Source: Chloroflexota bacterium (GTDB lineage Bacteria; Chloroflexota; Chloroflexia; Chloroflexales; Kallotenuaceae). From it: a DNA stretch of 28,801 nt. A program made the translations under genes and the position numbers. The DNA is taken from the NCBI GenBank assembly GCA_019240175.1, contig JAFAYS010000754.1, positions 1-28,801 on the forward strand, read 5' to 3'. The notes under the pieces were generated by a model. It was not told the origin of the DNA. It made no database searches and saw only the letters and a list, made by a program, of their open reading frames with translations. Every line of letters starts with the position of its first letter. The stretch's first letter is position 1. Shown piece by piece: positions 11,420 to 25,000 of the stretch.

Positions 11420-14400
11420 ATGCAACACTCTGGATCACACGATCTGACGTCTTCCCCGGCCATAGCGATCATCGGGATGGCGGGCCGCTTTCCTGGGGCG
11501 CACAACCCGCAGGAGCTTTGGCACAACCTGATCAACGGGGTCAAGTCCATCCAACGCTTTAGCGACGACGAGCTGCGTCAGGCCGGTGTAGATCCCGAGC
11601 TGTTGCGCCAGCCCAACTACGTCAAAGCGGGCGCCCCCGTCGAAAACGTGGATCAGTTCGACGCGGGATTCTTTGGCTTCACGCCGCGCGAGGCCGAGGT
11701 CATGGACCCGCAGCAGCGCTTGTTTTTGGAGTGCTCGTGGCAGGCGCTGGAAGACGCCGCCTACGATCCCGAGCGGACGAGTGCGCTGGTCGGTGTGTTT
11801 GCGGGCGCTGCTGGATCGTCGTATTTGCAGCACAACATCCTGACCAATCCGGATCTGGTCGAGCTGGTCGGTCCGCTCCAGATCGAGGTCTTCAACGCAC
11901 CCGACGCGCTCTCCTCGACGATCTCGTATCGCTTCAACTTTCGCGGCCCCAGCGTCTCGATCCAGAGCTTTTGCTCGACCTCGCTGGTGGCGGTGCATTT
12001 CGCCGCCCAGAGCCTGCTCAACTACGAGTGCGACATGGCGCTGGCCGGCGGCGTGGCGATCAGCGTGCCGCATATCACTGGCTACCTGTACCAGGAGGGC
12101 GGCATTGTCTCGCCAGATGGTGAGTGCCGCAGCTTCGATCAAAGCGGCCAGGGCAGCGTGATGGGCAACGGCGTCGGCGTGGTGATCCTCAAGCGGCTTG
12201 AGGACGCGCTGGCCGACGGCGATCATATCTACGCGGCGATTCGCGGCTCGGCGACCAACAACGACGGCACGCTGCGCGCCGGCTACACCGCGCCCGGCCT
12301 CGAAGGTCAGAGCGCCGTGATCACCGAGGCGCTGTCCAACGCCGGCATCGAGGCTGAGAGCTTGGATTATATCGAGGCGCACGGTACCGGCACCGGGCTC
12401 GGCGACGCGATCGAGCTGGCGGCGACGATCCGCGCGCTGCGCAAGCACACCGACAAAACCGGCTTTGTCGGCATCGGCTCGGTCAAGCCCAACATCGGCC
12501 ATCTGGATCGCGCCTCGGGTGTGACCGGCCTGATCAAGGCTTCGCTGGCGCTCAAAAATCGCCTGCTGCCGCCCAGCCTTAACTTTACGCAGTCCAGCTC
12601 GGACATCGATCTGGCCGCCAGTCCGCTCTACGTCAACACCGAGCTGCGGCCCTGGGAGACCGACGGCAAGCCGCGCCGCGCGGGCGTGAGCTCGTTTGGC
12701 GTGGGCGGCACCAACGCGCATGTCGTGCTGGAAGAAGCGCCGGCGCTGGCTCCATCCAGCCCTGGACGATCGCACCAGCCGCTGCTGCTCTCGGCCAAAA
12801 CCGAGTCCGCGCTCGACGCGATGACCGTTAATCTGGCACGCTTCCTGGAAGCCAATCCCGACGCCAACCTGGCGGATGTGGCCTACACATTGCAGGTCGG
12901 ACGCAGCGCCTTCAACTATCGCCGCGCGGTGGTTGTCGGCAATCGCGACGAGGCGATCGGGCTGCTGGGCGGCGATCCGGCCAAGCTGGGCGTGACCAAC
13001 CAGGTGTATCGCGATCGACCGGTGGCCTTCCTGTTCCCCGGCGTCGGCGATCACTATGTCGGCATGGCGCGCGAGCTGTACCAGCAGGAGCCGAGCTTCC
13101 GCGCGACCGTCGATCGCTGCTGCGATTTGCTACAGCGCCAGTCGAGTGTGAACTTGGCCGCCGCGCTGTATCCCGCCGACAGCAACAGCACTCCTGCTCC
13201 GCGCGCCCAAACCGATCTGCGGGCGCTGCTGCGTCGCGATGCGCCATCCGGCGGCGATGCGTCGGCGCTGCACCGCACAGAGCTAGCCCAGCCTGCGGTC
13301 TTTGTGATCGAGTACGCGCTGACGCAGCTGCTAATCAGCTGGGGCTTAAAGCCGCAGTCGATGCTGGGCTACAGCCTGGGCGAGTACGTCGCGGCCTGTG
13401 TGGGCGGCGTGCTCTCGCTCGAAGACGCGCTGCGTTTGGTCGCCGCCCGCGCGCAATTGATCCAGCAGCAGCCCGCCGGCGCGATGCTCGCCGTGGCCGC
13501 CAGCGAGGCCGCCGTGCAGCCGTTCCTGGGTGACGGCGTCTGCCTGGCGGTGGTCAACAGCCCGACCGCCTGTGTGCTCGCTGGCCCGCCCGCTGCGATC
13601 GCTGCCGTAGCCGAGCGTCTGCGTGCTGCCGAGATCGCCAATCGCCCAGTGGAGACCACGCACGCTTTCCACTCCACGATGTTGGCTCCAATTGCCGCGC
13701 AGGTGACGGCGCTGGCGCGCAGCTTGACACTCAACGCGCCGCAGATTCCGTACATCTCGAACGTCACCGGCACCTGGATCACCGCCGAGCAAGCGCAAGA
13801 TCCGGCCTACTGGGCGCGGCACATGACCGAGACCGTGCGCTTTGCCGATGGCGTTGGCACGCTGCTACAGCAGGCGGATCTCGCGTTCGTCGAGGTTGGC
13901 CCCGGCCAGGCGCTGGCCTCGTTTGTGCGCCAGCATCCACTCTGCGCCCGTGAGCGTCGCGCATCTGTTGTTCACACGTTGCGCGCCCAGCACGAGCAGC
14001 AGCCGGATGTGGCGGCGCTGATGACCACGCTCGGCAAGCTCTGGCAGCTCGGCGTCACGATCGATTGGAGCGCGCTCTCTGCCGAGCAAACGCGCTACCG
14101 CCTGTCGCTGCCGACCTATCCGTTCGAGCGGCGGCGCTTCTGGGTCGAGCCGGGCGGCGCGCGTCCGGTGGCGCTCACGCCCAGCGGCAAGCATCCCGAG
14201 ATCGCGCAGTGGTTCTACCAGCCGGTCTGGGAGCCAGCCGCGCGTCCCGCGCTGTCGGCAACCGCTGGTCGCTGGCTGGTCTTCGTGGATCAACACGGCG
14301 TCGGCGATGCAGCGATCGCGCGTTTGACGCAGGCGGGACAGCCGGTTGTGCAGGTGCGGCCCGGCACTGAATTCGCGCAGATCGACGCGCAATCGTTTCA

Positions 14401-16040
14401 GCTGCGCCCAGGCGAGGCCGCCGACTACCAGTCGCTGGTCGCGGCGCTACGTGGCGCGGATCTGCTGCCGAGCCATGTGCTGCATCTGTGGCCGCTTGAG
14501 TCGGCTGAGAGCGGCGACGGCATCGATCGTTTGGCGGCGGCGCAGGGGCGCGGCTTCTACAGCCTGCTCTTCCTGACGCAAGCGCTCAATAGCCATCTGA
14601 TGACCGGATCGCTGCAGCTGACGGTGCTGACCAACGGCATGCAGCAGGTCGCCGACGGCGAGGTACCGAACGCCGACTATGCCGCGCTGCCCGGCCTGTG
14701 TACTGTGATCGGCCAGGAATATATCAGCGTGACCTGCCGTAGCGTGGACGTGCTGCTGCCCACCGACGGCGACTACGCCGCGCTGGCTGAGCTAGCGCTG
14801 GCTGAGACGCAGGCCGGCTCCGGCGATCTGCTGGTGGCCTACCGTGATGGCCAGCGTCTGGCGCAGCGCTTCACCTCGTCGCCGCTGGCAAGTAGCCCGT
14901 CGATCGTGCGGCCCGGCGGTGTGTATCTGATCACGGGCGGCCTGGGCGGCGTAGGTCTGCTGCTGGCCGAGCATCTGGCGCGCAGCGTGCAGGCCAAGCT
15001 GGTGCTATTGTCGCGCACAGGGCTACCGCCGCGCAACGAGTGGTCCGACTGGCTCGAAACCCATTCCGCCGACAACACCACCAGCGATCGTATCCGCAAG
15101 GTGCAGCAGCTTGAGGCGCTGGGCGGCGACGTGCTGGTGCTGCCCGCCGACGTGACCGATCTGGCCCAGATGCAGGCCGCGATCGCTGAGGTCCGCGCGC
15201 AGTTCGGCGCGATCAACGGCGTGCTGCACGCGGCGGGCATCTCCGATCCCAGCAGCTTCGGCGCGATCCAGCGGCTGGTCCGCGAGCAGTGTGAGGCGCA
15301 CTTTCAGCCCAAGGCGCGCGGCCTGTACATCCTTGAGCAGGCGCTGGGCGACGAGCCGCTGGACTTTTGTCTGCTCTTCTCGTCGCTCTCGGCGGTGCTG
15401 GGCGGCATGGGCTTTGCCGGCTACGCGGCGGCCAACAGCTTCATGGATGTTTTCGCGCAGCGCCACAATGGGAAGCATGCGGTCAAATGGCTGAGCGTCA
15501 ACTGGGACGCCTGGCGCGCCGACGAGTCCAGCTCGGGCAAGGCCGGCGCGACGCTGGTGCAGTACGAGATGCTGCCAGCCGAGGGTGCGCAAGCCTTCGA
15601 GCGCGTGATCGCGGCGCGTGGTCACACGCGCATCGTCAACTCGACCGGCGATCTCCACGCGCGCATCCGCCAGTGGGTGCAGCTGGCCGCGCTGCGCAGC
15701 GACGACGACGATCAGCCCGACGCGGCCCAGCCGGTCGCCACGCGCTCACGGCTCAGCACCAGCGACTACGAGCAGCGCCTGATCGCGATCTGGCGCTACG
15801 TGCTTGGTATTCAGGAAGTCGAGCTACACGACAACTTCTTCGATCTGGGCGGCAATTCGCTCAACGGTCTCCAGGTGATCGCCCAGATCAAGAAAGAGTT
15901 CAAGGTCCAGATTCCGGCGGTCGCGCTCTTCGAAGCACCCACGATCAGCGCGCTGGCGCAATATCTCGCGCCGCAGGAAGCGCCGCAGGTCGATCGCCAG
16001 GAAACGCAGCTGCGCGATCGTCGCCGCAAGATGCGCGAAG
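11420..16040 (+). other. Module 1 of trimodular PKS: KS-AT-KR-ACP
   Basis: QSFCSTS, HGTGT, GHLDRASG; GYSLG/HAFH; KR GGMGFAGYAAAN; GGNSL. Boundaries approximate. Confidence 0.9.
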
Positions 16041-19000
16041 CCGGTGGCGCGCAAGACATCGCGATCATCAGCATGGTTGGCCGTTTCCCCGGCGCGAACA
16101 CCGTCGAGCAGTTTTGGAGCAACATTCGCGACGGCGTCGAGTCCAAGACGCGCTTCACGGATGCCGAGCTGCTGGCCGCCGGCGTCGAGCCCGAGCTGAT
16201 CCAAAATCCCGACTACGTGAAGATCCGCCCGGTGCTGGACGACGTCGAGCACTTCGACGCGGCCTTCTTTGGCTACACGCCGCGTGAGGCCGAGCTGATG
16301 GACCCGCAGCAGCGCTTGTTCCACGAGTGCGCCTGGGAAGCCCTAGAGCTGGCCGGCTACGATACGCAGCGCTACAAAGGCTTGATCGGCGTCTTTGCCG
16401 GCACCAATCTCAACTTTTACATGATGCGCATGGCCGGCGATCCCGCGCTGCTGGCCGAGCTCAACGACAATATTCTGCTGGAAAACGACAAGGACGCGCT
16501 GGCGACCAACGTGGCCTACAAGCTCAACTTGCAAGGCCCGAGCTTCGCGGTGCAAACCTTCTGCTCGACCTCGCTGGTCGCGACGCATCTGGCTTGCCGC
16601 AGCTTGCTCGGCGGCGAATGCGATATTGCGCTGGCGGGTGGCGTCTCGGTGCGCGTGCCGGTCAAGGCTGGCTATCTTTACGTCGAAGGCGATCAGGTCT
16701 CGCCCGACGGCACCTGCCGCACCTTTGATGCCAGCGGTGAGGGCGCGATCTTCGGCGACGGCGTGGCGATCGTAGCGCTCAAGCGGCTCGACGATGCGCT
16801 GGCCGACGGCGACACAATCCACGCGATCATCAAAGGCAGCGCGATCAACAACGACGGCGGGCGCAAAGTCGGCTATACCGCGCCCAGCGTCACCGGTCAG
16901 GCCGAAGTCGTGACGACGGCCTTGGAGCGCTCCGGCATCGATCCAACCACGATCGGCTATCTTGAGGCGCACGGCACAGCCACACGCTTGGGCGATCCGA
17001 TCGAAGTTGCCTCGCTGACCAAGGCCTATCGCACCTTCACCGAGCGCACCAACTTCTGTGTGATCGGCTCGGCCAAGCCCAACGTCGGGCATCTGGACCG
17101 CGCCTCGGGTGTGACCGGCCTGATCAAAACCGCGATGATGGTGCAGCAGGGCATTATTCCGCCGCTGCTGCACTTCGAGCGGCCCAACCCCGAGATCGAT
17201 TTTGTCAACAGCCCGTTTGTGATCACGACCAAACGCCAGGAGTGGCCGCGCGGCATCACACCACGTCGCGCTGCGGTTAACTCGCTGGGCGTGGGCGGCA
17301 CCAACGCGCATGTGATCGTCGAGGAGCCGCCGTCGCAGGCCGCGCACAGCCCGTCGCGATCGTATCAGCTGCTGCTGCTCTCGGCGCGCACGCCCGCTGC
17401 GCTGGATTCTGCAACCGCGAATCTGGCGAGCTTCCTGCGATCGAATCCTGAGACGTCGCTGGCGGATGTGGCGCACACGCTGCAAGTGGGACGGCGCGGC
17501 TTCGAGCAGCGGCGCATGCTGGTCGTGCGTGATGCCGCTGAGGCTGTGACGTTGCTCGACAGCACCGACTCGCAGCGCGTGGTCAGTCGCACGCAAAAGC
17601 CCGCCGATCGCCCGGTGGCCTTCCTGTTCCCCGGCGTGGGCGATCACTATATCGGCATGGCGCGCGACCTGTACGACCACGAGCCGATCTTCCTGGCCGC
17701 CGTCGATCGCTGCTGCCGCCTGCTGCAACCGCTGCTCAGCCAGGATCTCAAAACATTGCTTTATCCGGCGACCGCGCCAGCCTCAAGCAATGGCAATGGA
17801 TCGGCCACGCTCGACTTCCGCGCGATGCTTGGACGCGGTAGCATGAATGGATCGTCGCCGCTGCACCGCACCGACCTGGCCCAGCCGACGGTGTTTGTGA
17901 TCGAGTACGCTTTGGCGCAGCTGCTGATCAGCTGGGGTATTCAGCCGCAAGCGATGATCGGCTATAGCCTGGGTGAGTACGTCGCGGCCACCGTGGCGGG
18001 CGTGCTCTCGCTGGACGACGCGCTGCGCCTGGTTGCCACGCGCGCCCAGTTGATCCAGCAGCAGTCCGCCGGCGCGATGTTGGCCGTGGCTGCCAGCGAG
18101 GCGGATGTCCAGCCGTTCCTGGGCGACGGCGTGTGTTTGGCGGTGGTCAACAGCCCGACCGCCTGCGTGCTGGCTGGCCCGCCTGAGGCCATCGTGGCGG
18201 TCAGCGTGCGACTTCAGGAGGCCGAGATCGCGTGTCGCATCGTGGAGACAACGCACGCCTTCCACTCCACCATGCTTAGCCCGATCGCCGAGCAGGTGAC
18301 CGCGCTGGCTCAAAGCCTGAAACTCAACGCGCCGCAAATTCCATACATCTCGAACGTGACCGGCATCTGGATCACCGCCGAGCAGGCCCAAGATCCGGCG
18401 TACTGGGCGCGCCACATGACCGAAACCGTGCGCTTCGCCGATGGTGTGGGCGAGCTGTTGCAGCGCTCCGATCTGGCCTTTGTTGAGGTTGGGCCGGGCC
18501 AGGCGCTGGGCTCGTTTGTGCGCCAGCATCCCTCGTGCAGCCGTGAGCGTCGCGCGACCGTGGTGCACACACTGCGCGCCCAGCACGAGCAGCAACACGA
18601 TCAGGCGCAACTGTTGCAGGCGCTTGGCCGCTTGTGGCTGCTCGACGTGCCGATCAACTGGGACGGCTTCTACGCGCAGGAGCAGCGCCGGCGCATCCCG
18701 CTGCCGACCTATCCCTTCGAGCGCCAGCGCTTCTGGGTCGAGCCGCGCCGTCTTACCAGCACCGCGCAGGCTGCATCGGGCGGCAGAAAGGCCGATGTCG
18801 CCGACTGGTTCTATCTGCCGGAGTGGATCGATACGCCGCTGAATGCCGCCGCCGCGCCGGCCAAAACCTGGCTGATCTTCGCCGACGAACGTGGATTTAG
18901 CGCCCAGCTGGCCGAGCGGATCGCGCAGGCTGGGCACAAAGCAGTTGTTGTCGCACGCGGCGCGCAGTTCGCCGAGCGCGGCCCTAACCAGTTCACCGTG

Positions 19001-22000
19001 CGGCCATCCTCGCGCGACGACTACAGCGCGCTGCTGGATCTGCTCAAGACTCGCAAGCTCTTCCCCGAGGCGATCGCGCATCTGTGGCACGCTCCCGACG
19101 CCAGCGCATACACCGCCGACGGCGCGGGCTTTGCCGCTGCGCTCGAATCGGGCTTCTACAGCCTGATCGCGCTGACCAAAGCGCTGAGCCAGCACGATCT
19201 TGACACGCCGATCACGATCAATGTGCTCTCAACCGGCGTGCAGCCCGCGCTGGGTGACGAGCCGCTGGTGGCTGAGCAATCGCCGCTGCTGGCGGTGTGT
19301 AAAGTCATCGCTCAGGAAAATCTCTCGCTCAAGTGCCGCACAATCGATGTGCTGGCACCGACGCCGGACAGCGCCGACGAGACCGCGCTGCTGAGCCAGA
19401 TCGCGACCGAGCTGCTGAGCCAGTCCAAAGATCTGACCGTAGCCTATCGTGGCGAGCGGCGATTAACGCAGCGCTTCCGGCCTGAGCGGCTGGAGCCGGT
19501 GACGGGCGTGCCGGCGCGACTGCGTCAGAACGGCGTGTACCTGATCACCGGTGGTCTGGGCGGCATCGGTATGTCCATGGCCGAGTACCTGGCGCGCACG
19601 GTGCAGGCCAAGCTGGTGCTGATCGGACGCAGCGGCTTGCCTGAGCGCAACACCTGGGCCGATTGGATCGCCACGCATGCCGACGACGACGCGACCAGCC
19701 GCCGTATGCAGCGCATTCAGCAGCTTGAAGCACTGGGCGCTGAGGTGCTGGTGCGCAGCGCGGATGTCGCCGACGAGGCCCGCATGCGCGCGATCGTCGT
19801 GGAGACCGTCGAGCGCTTCGGCGCGCTGCATGGCATTATCCACGGCGCGGGCAACGTCAACCCCGACGACTTCCATGTGATCGAGCACATCACGACGGCA
19901 CACTGCGAAAGCCAATTCCCATCGAAAGCCTACGGCCTGTACATCCTTGAGCGCATCGTCGAGGAGCGCGCGCCCGACTTCTGCTACCTGCTCTCGTCGA
20001 TCTCGGCGGTGCTCGGCGGCCTGGGCTACGCGGCCTACACCTCGGCCAACTACTTCATGGATATCTTCGCTCACCGCGCGAACCGGCGCGGACGCACGCA
20101 GTGGCTGGCGACCAACTGGGACACCTGGCGCTTCGTGGAGGCCGACACGCCCGGCGTGACGCTCGGCGAGTACGAGATGTTCGCGTCGCAAGGCGTTGAT
20201 GCGTTTGCGCGTGTGCTTGAGCGCGGCGCGACCCAGATCGTGACCTCGATTGGCGACCTCGACGTGCGCATTCGCCAGTGGGTGCTGCTCGAATCGCTGC
20301 AAGAGCAGCCAGGCGATGGTGCAAGCAGTCTCGCGACTCACGCCCGCCCGTCGCTGGACACACCCTACGTCGCGCCCAACAACGACTACGAGCGGCGCAT
20401 CGCGGCGATCTGGCAGCAGGTGCTGGGCCTGGAGCAGGTTGGCCTGCACGACAACTTCTTCGATCTGGGCGGCAACTCGCTGATCAGCCTGCAAGTGATC
20501 GCCAAGCTCAAGAAAGAGTTCAAGACGCAGGTGCCCGCCGTGGCGATGTTCGAAGCGCCGACAGTCAGTGCGCTGGCGCAGTATCTTGCGCCGCAGGAAG
20601 CGCCGCAGGTCGATCGCCAGGAAACCCAGCTGCGCGAGCGCCGCCAGAAAATGCGCGAAACCGGCGGCTCGCGTGATATCGCGATCGTCGGCATGGCGGG
20701 CCGCTTCCCGGGCGCGAGCACCGTCGAGCAGTTCTGGCAAAATCTCAGCAACGGCGTCGAGTCGCTGACCTTCTTCAGCGACGAGGAGCTGATCGAGGCC
20801 GGCGTCGATCCGCTGGTCGTGCAAAATCCGGCCTACGTCAAATCGCGGCATGTGCTCGACAACGTGGAGGATTTCGACGCGGCCTTCTTTGGCTACACGC
20901 CGCGTGAGGCCGAGCTGATGGACCCGCAGCAGCGCTTGTTCCACGAGTGCGCCTGGGAAGCGATCGAGATGGCCGGCTACGACACGCTGCGCTACAAAGG
21001 CCTGGTTGGCGTCTTTGCCGGCGCGAACATCAGCCTCTACCTGATGCGCCTGGCCACCGATCCGTCCTTCTCGGTGATCACCAACGAGTCGGCGATCTTT
21101 GAGAACGCGCAGGACGGCCTGACCACCAACGTTTCGTATCGCCTGAACCTGCGCGGCCCGAGCTTCGCGGTGCAGACCTTCTGCTCGACCTCACTCGTGG
21201 CGACGCATCTGGCGTGTCGCAGCCTGCTCAACGGCGAAAGCGACATGGCGCTGGCCGGCGGCGTCTCGGTGCGCGTGCCGGTCAAGATGGGCCATCTGTA
21301 CCGCGAAGGCGGCCAGGAATCGCCCGACGGTCACTGCCGCACCTTCGACGCCGACGCGCAGGGCGCGGTCTGGGCCGACGGCGTGGCAGTCGTGCTGCTC
21401 AAGCGCCTCGACGACGCGCTGGCCGACGGCGACACAATCCACGCGGTGATCAAGGGCTCCGCGATCAACAACGACGGCAACATGAAAGTCGGCTATACCG
21501 CGCCCAGCGTGGTCGGCCAGTCCACGGCGATCATGGCTGCGCTGGAACAGTCGCAGATCGACCCGGCCACGATCGGCTATCTTGAGGCGCATGGCTCGGC
21601 CACGCCACTCGGCGACCCGATCGAAGTCGCGTCGCTGACCAAGGCCTACCGCACCTTCACCGACCGCACCAACTTCTGTGTGATCGGCTCGACCAAACCC
21701 AACGTCGGGCATCTCGATCGCGCCTCAGGTGTGGCCGGCCTGATCAAAACCACCATGATCTTGAAGCATGGTCAGATTCCGCCACTGCTACACTTCCAGC
21801 GCCCGAATCCCGAGATCGACTTCGCGGGCAGCCCATTTGTGATCACCACGCAGCGCCGTGAGTGGCAACGTGGCGCGACACCGCGTCGCGCTGCCGTCAA
21901 CTCGCTGGGCGTGGGCGGCACCAACGCGCACGTCGTGCTGGAAGAAGCGTTGAACCAGCCGCCGTCCAGCCCGTCACGACCGTACCAGCTGCTGCTGCTC

Positions 22001-25000
22001 TCGGCCAAAACCGAGACCGCGCTCGATTCGATCTCGGCTAATCTGGCGAGCTTCTTGCGCTCGCAGCCTGAGACGTCGCTGGCGGATGTCGCGCACACGT
22101 TGCAGATCGGACGGCGCGGCTTTGAGCAGCGGCGCATGCTGGTCGTGCGCGATGCCGCCGACGCGGTGGCGCTGCTCGACGGGGGCGAGTCGCCGCGTGT
22201 GGTCAATCGCACGCAAAAGCCCGCCGATCGCCCGGTGGCCTTCTTGTTCCCCGGCGTGGGCGATCACTATGTCGGCATGGCGCGCGACCTGTATGATCAC
22301 GAGCCGATCTTCCAGGCCGCCGTCGATCGCTGCTGCCGCCTGCTGAACACCCTGCTTGAGCAAGACCTGCGCACGCTGCTTTATCCGGCAACCACGCCGA
22401 CAAGCAATGGCAATGGATCGGCCACGCTGGACTTCCGCGCGATGCTTGGACGCGGCAATGGATCGAGCGCGCCATCGCCGCTGCACCGCACCGACCTGGC
22501 TCAGCCGACGGTGTTTGTGATCGAGTACGCGCTGGCCCAGCTCCTGATCGCCTGGGGTATCCAGCCCAAAGCGATGATCGGCTACAGTTTGGGCGAGTAC
22601 GTCGCGGCCTGTGTGGCGGGCGTGCTCTCGCTGGACGACGCGCTGCGGCTGGTTGCCACGCGTGCCCAATTGATCCAGCAGCAGCCCGCCGGCGCAATGC
22701 TGGCCGTGGGCGCGAGCGAGATCGCGGTGGAGCCGTTCCTGGGCAACGGCGTGTGTTTGGCGGTGGTCAATAGCCCGACCGCCTGCGTGCTTGCCGGCCC
22801 GCCCACCGCGATCGCCGCCGTGGCCGAGCGCCTGGACGCCGCCGATATTGCTAATCGTCCGGTGGAAACCACGCACGCCTTCCACTCCACCATGCTCGCG
22901 CCAATCGCGGAGCAGGTCACGGCGCTGGCGCGCAGCCTGACGCTCAACGCGCCGCAGATTCCGTACATCTCGAACGTCACCGGCACCTGGATCACCGCCG
23001 AGCAAGCGACCGATCCCGCGTATTGGGCACGCCACATGACCGAGACCGTGCGCTTCGCCGATGGCGTCGGCACGCTGCTGCACGACGAGGCGCTGGCCTT
23101 CCTGGAAGTTGGACCGGGTCAGGCGCTGGGCTCGTTTGTGCGCCAGCATCCGCTCTGCGACCGCGATCGCCGTGCGACGGTGGTACACACGCTGCGGGCG
23201 CGGCATGAGCAGCAGCAGGATCAGGCGCAGCTGTTGCAGGCGCTGGGCCGCTTATGGCTGCTCGACGTGCCGATCAACTGGGGCGGCTTCTACACCCACG
23301 AGGAGCGCCGGCGCATCCCGCTGCCGACCTATCCGTTCGAGCGCCAGCGCTTCTGGGCCGAGCCCAAGCGCCGGCCTGGCAGCGCCACCAATTCGCCGCC
23401 GCGCCGCAACGACGTTGGCGAGTGGTTCACCACGCCCTCCTGGAAGCGCAGCAATCCCGGCGATGGGAGCCCGGTGACTGAGCTTGACGAGCGCCACGCC
23501 TGGCTGATCTTCCTCGACAGCTGTGGCGTCGGTACGCCGCTGGTGCGCCAGTTGACCGGCCAGGGCCAGGATGTGATCACCGTTACGCCGGGCGCAAGCT
23601 TTGCGCGCTACAGCCCGACCGGCTTTACCGTGCGGCCACGTGAGCGCGAAGACTACGAGGCGCTGCTGCGCGAGCTTAATCGTGAGCAGAAGCTGCCCGA
23701 TCGGATTGTGCATCTGTGGAGCGTGACGCCGCCGCCCGATGGCGCGGACGAGACCGAGGCCGGGCTGGCCAACCTGCTCGATCACGGCTTCTATAGCTTG
23801 TTCACGTTGGCGCAGGCGCTCGGCGATCAAGGCATCGATCGCTGCCAGATTTCGGTGATCTCCAACGATATGCAGGAAGTCACCGGCGTCGAGCAGATCG
23901 TACCGGCCAAAGCGGCGGTGATTGGTCCGTGCAAGGTTATTCCGCAGGAGTATCGCGGCATCAGCTGTCGCAGCATCGACGTGCAGCTGCCGCCGAGCGG
24001 TCCCAGCGCCCAGCTGATCGATCAGCTGCTTGACGAGCTAAGCCGCCCGGTCACCGATGATCTTGTCGCCTTGCGTGGCGCGCATCGCTGGGTGCAAACC
24101 TTGGAGCCGGTGCCGCTTCAGTCGCCGACGCGCAACACACGCCTGCGCGAGAACGGCGTGTATCTGATCACTGGCGGTCTGGGTGGCATCGGTCTGGCGA
24201 TGGCCGAGCATCTGGCCGACGCCTGCCACGCCAAGCTGGTACTGGTCGGACGTACCGCGCTGCCGCCGCGCGCGCAGTGGCCAGCGATCCTGGCCAGCGC
24301 CGACACCGAGAGCGGCATCGGGCGGCGGATCAAGATCGTGCAGGAGCTTGAGGCGCGCACCGAGGTGCTGGTGCTGCAAGCCGACGTGGCCGATGCGGTC
24401 CAGATCCAGATCGCCGTCGATCAGGCGGTTGCGCGCTTCGGCACGATCCACGGCGTGCTGCACGCGGCTGGTCTGCCCGGCGTGGGCCTGACGCAGCTTA
24501 AGAGCGCTGAGGCTGCCGCCGGTGTGCTCGCGCCCAAAGTTCACGGTACGCTGGCGCTGGTCCAGGCGCTGCGCGGATTGTCGCTAGACTTCCTGGCGCT
24601 CTTCTCTTCGATCGCCTCGGTCACCAGCGGCGGCCCCGGCCAGATCGACTACTGCGCGGCCAGCGCGTTCATGGAGCACTACGCGCAGCGCCACAGCGGC
24701 GAGCACGGCGCGACGATCGCCGTGAGCTGGGGCGAGTGGCTGTGGGACGCCTGGCAGGAAGGCTTGCAGGGCTACCCCGAAGACGTGCGCGCCTTCTTGA
24801 TCGCCAACCGCCGCGCCTACGGTATCGCGTTCCACGAGGGCACCGAAGCCTTCCGCCGCGTGCTGGCTGGACGACTGCCGCACGTGTATATCACCACCCA
24901 GGATCTGGTCGCGATGGTCGATCAAATCCGCAACGGCCTGATCGATCAGCTGCTGGGCCACGGCGAGGGCGAGGCCGACGATCGCCCGCTCTACCCGCGT

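Noticed and set aside
11341-11562. 73-aa ORF with a hydrophobic FFVLLFFVPLFL stretch resembling a membrane or leader peptide, and the opposite 11365-11550 ORF
   Set aside because: The hydrophobic stretch is just the translation of the TTTGTTC repeat array, and the ORF runs out of frame into the PKS.
11435-13054. Long minus-strand ORFs (539 aa here; also 4606-5904, 16343-17728, 17783-19195, 19463-20944, 21974-23206, 25696-26532)
   Set aside because: Antisense shadows of GC-rich PKS/NRPS coding frames. They recur in parallel with each module and show no recognisable domain motifs.
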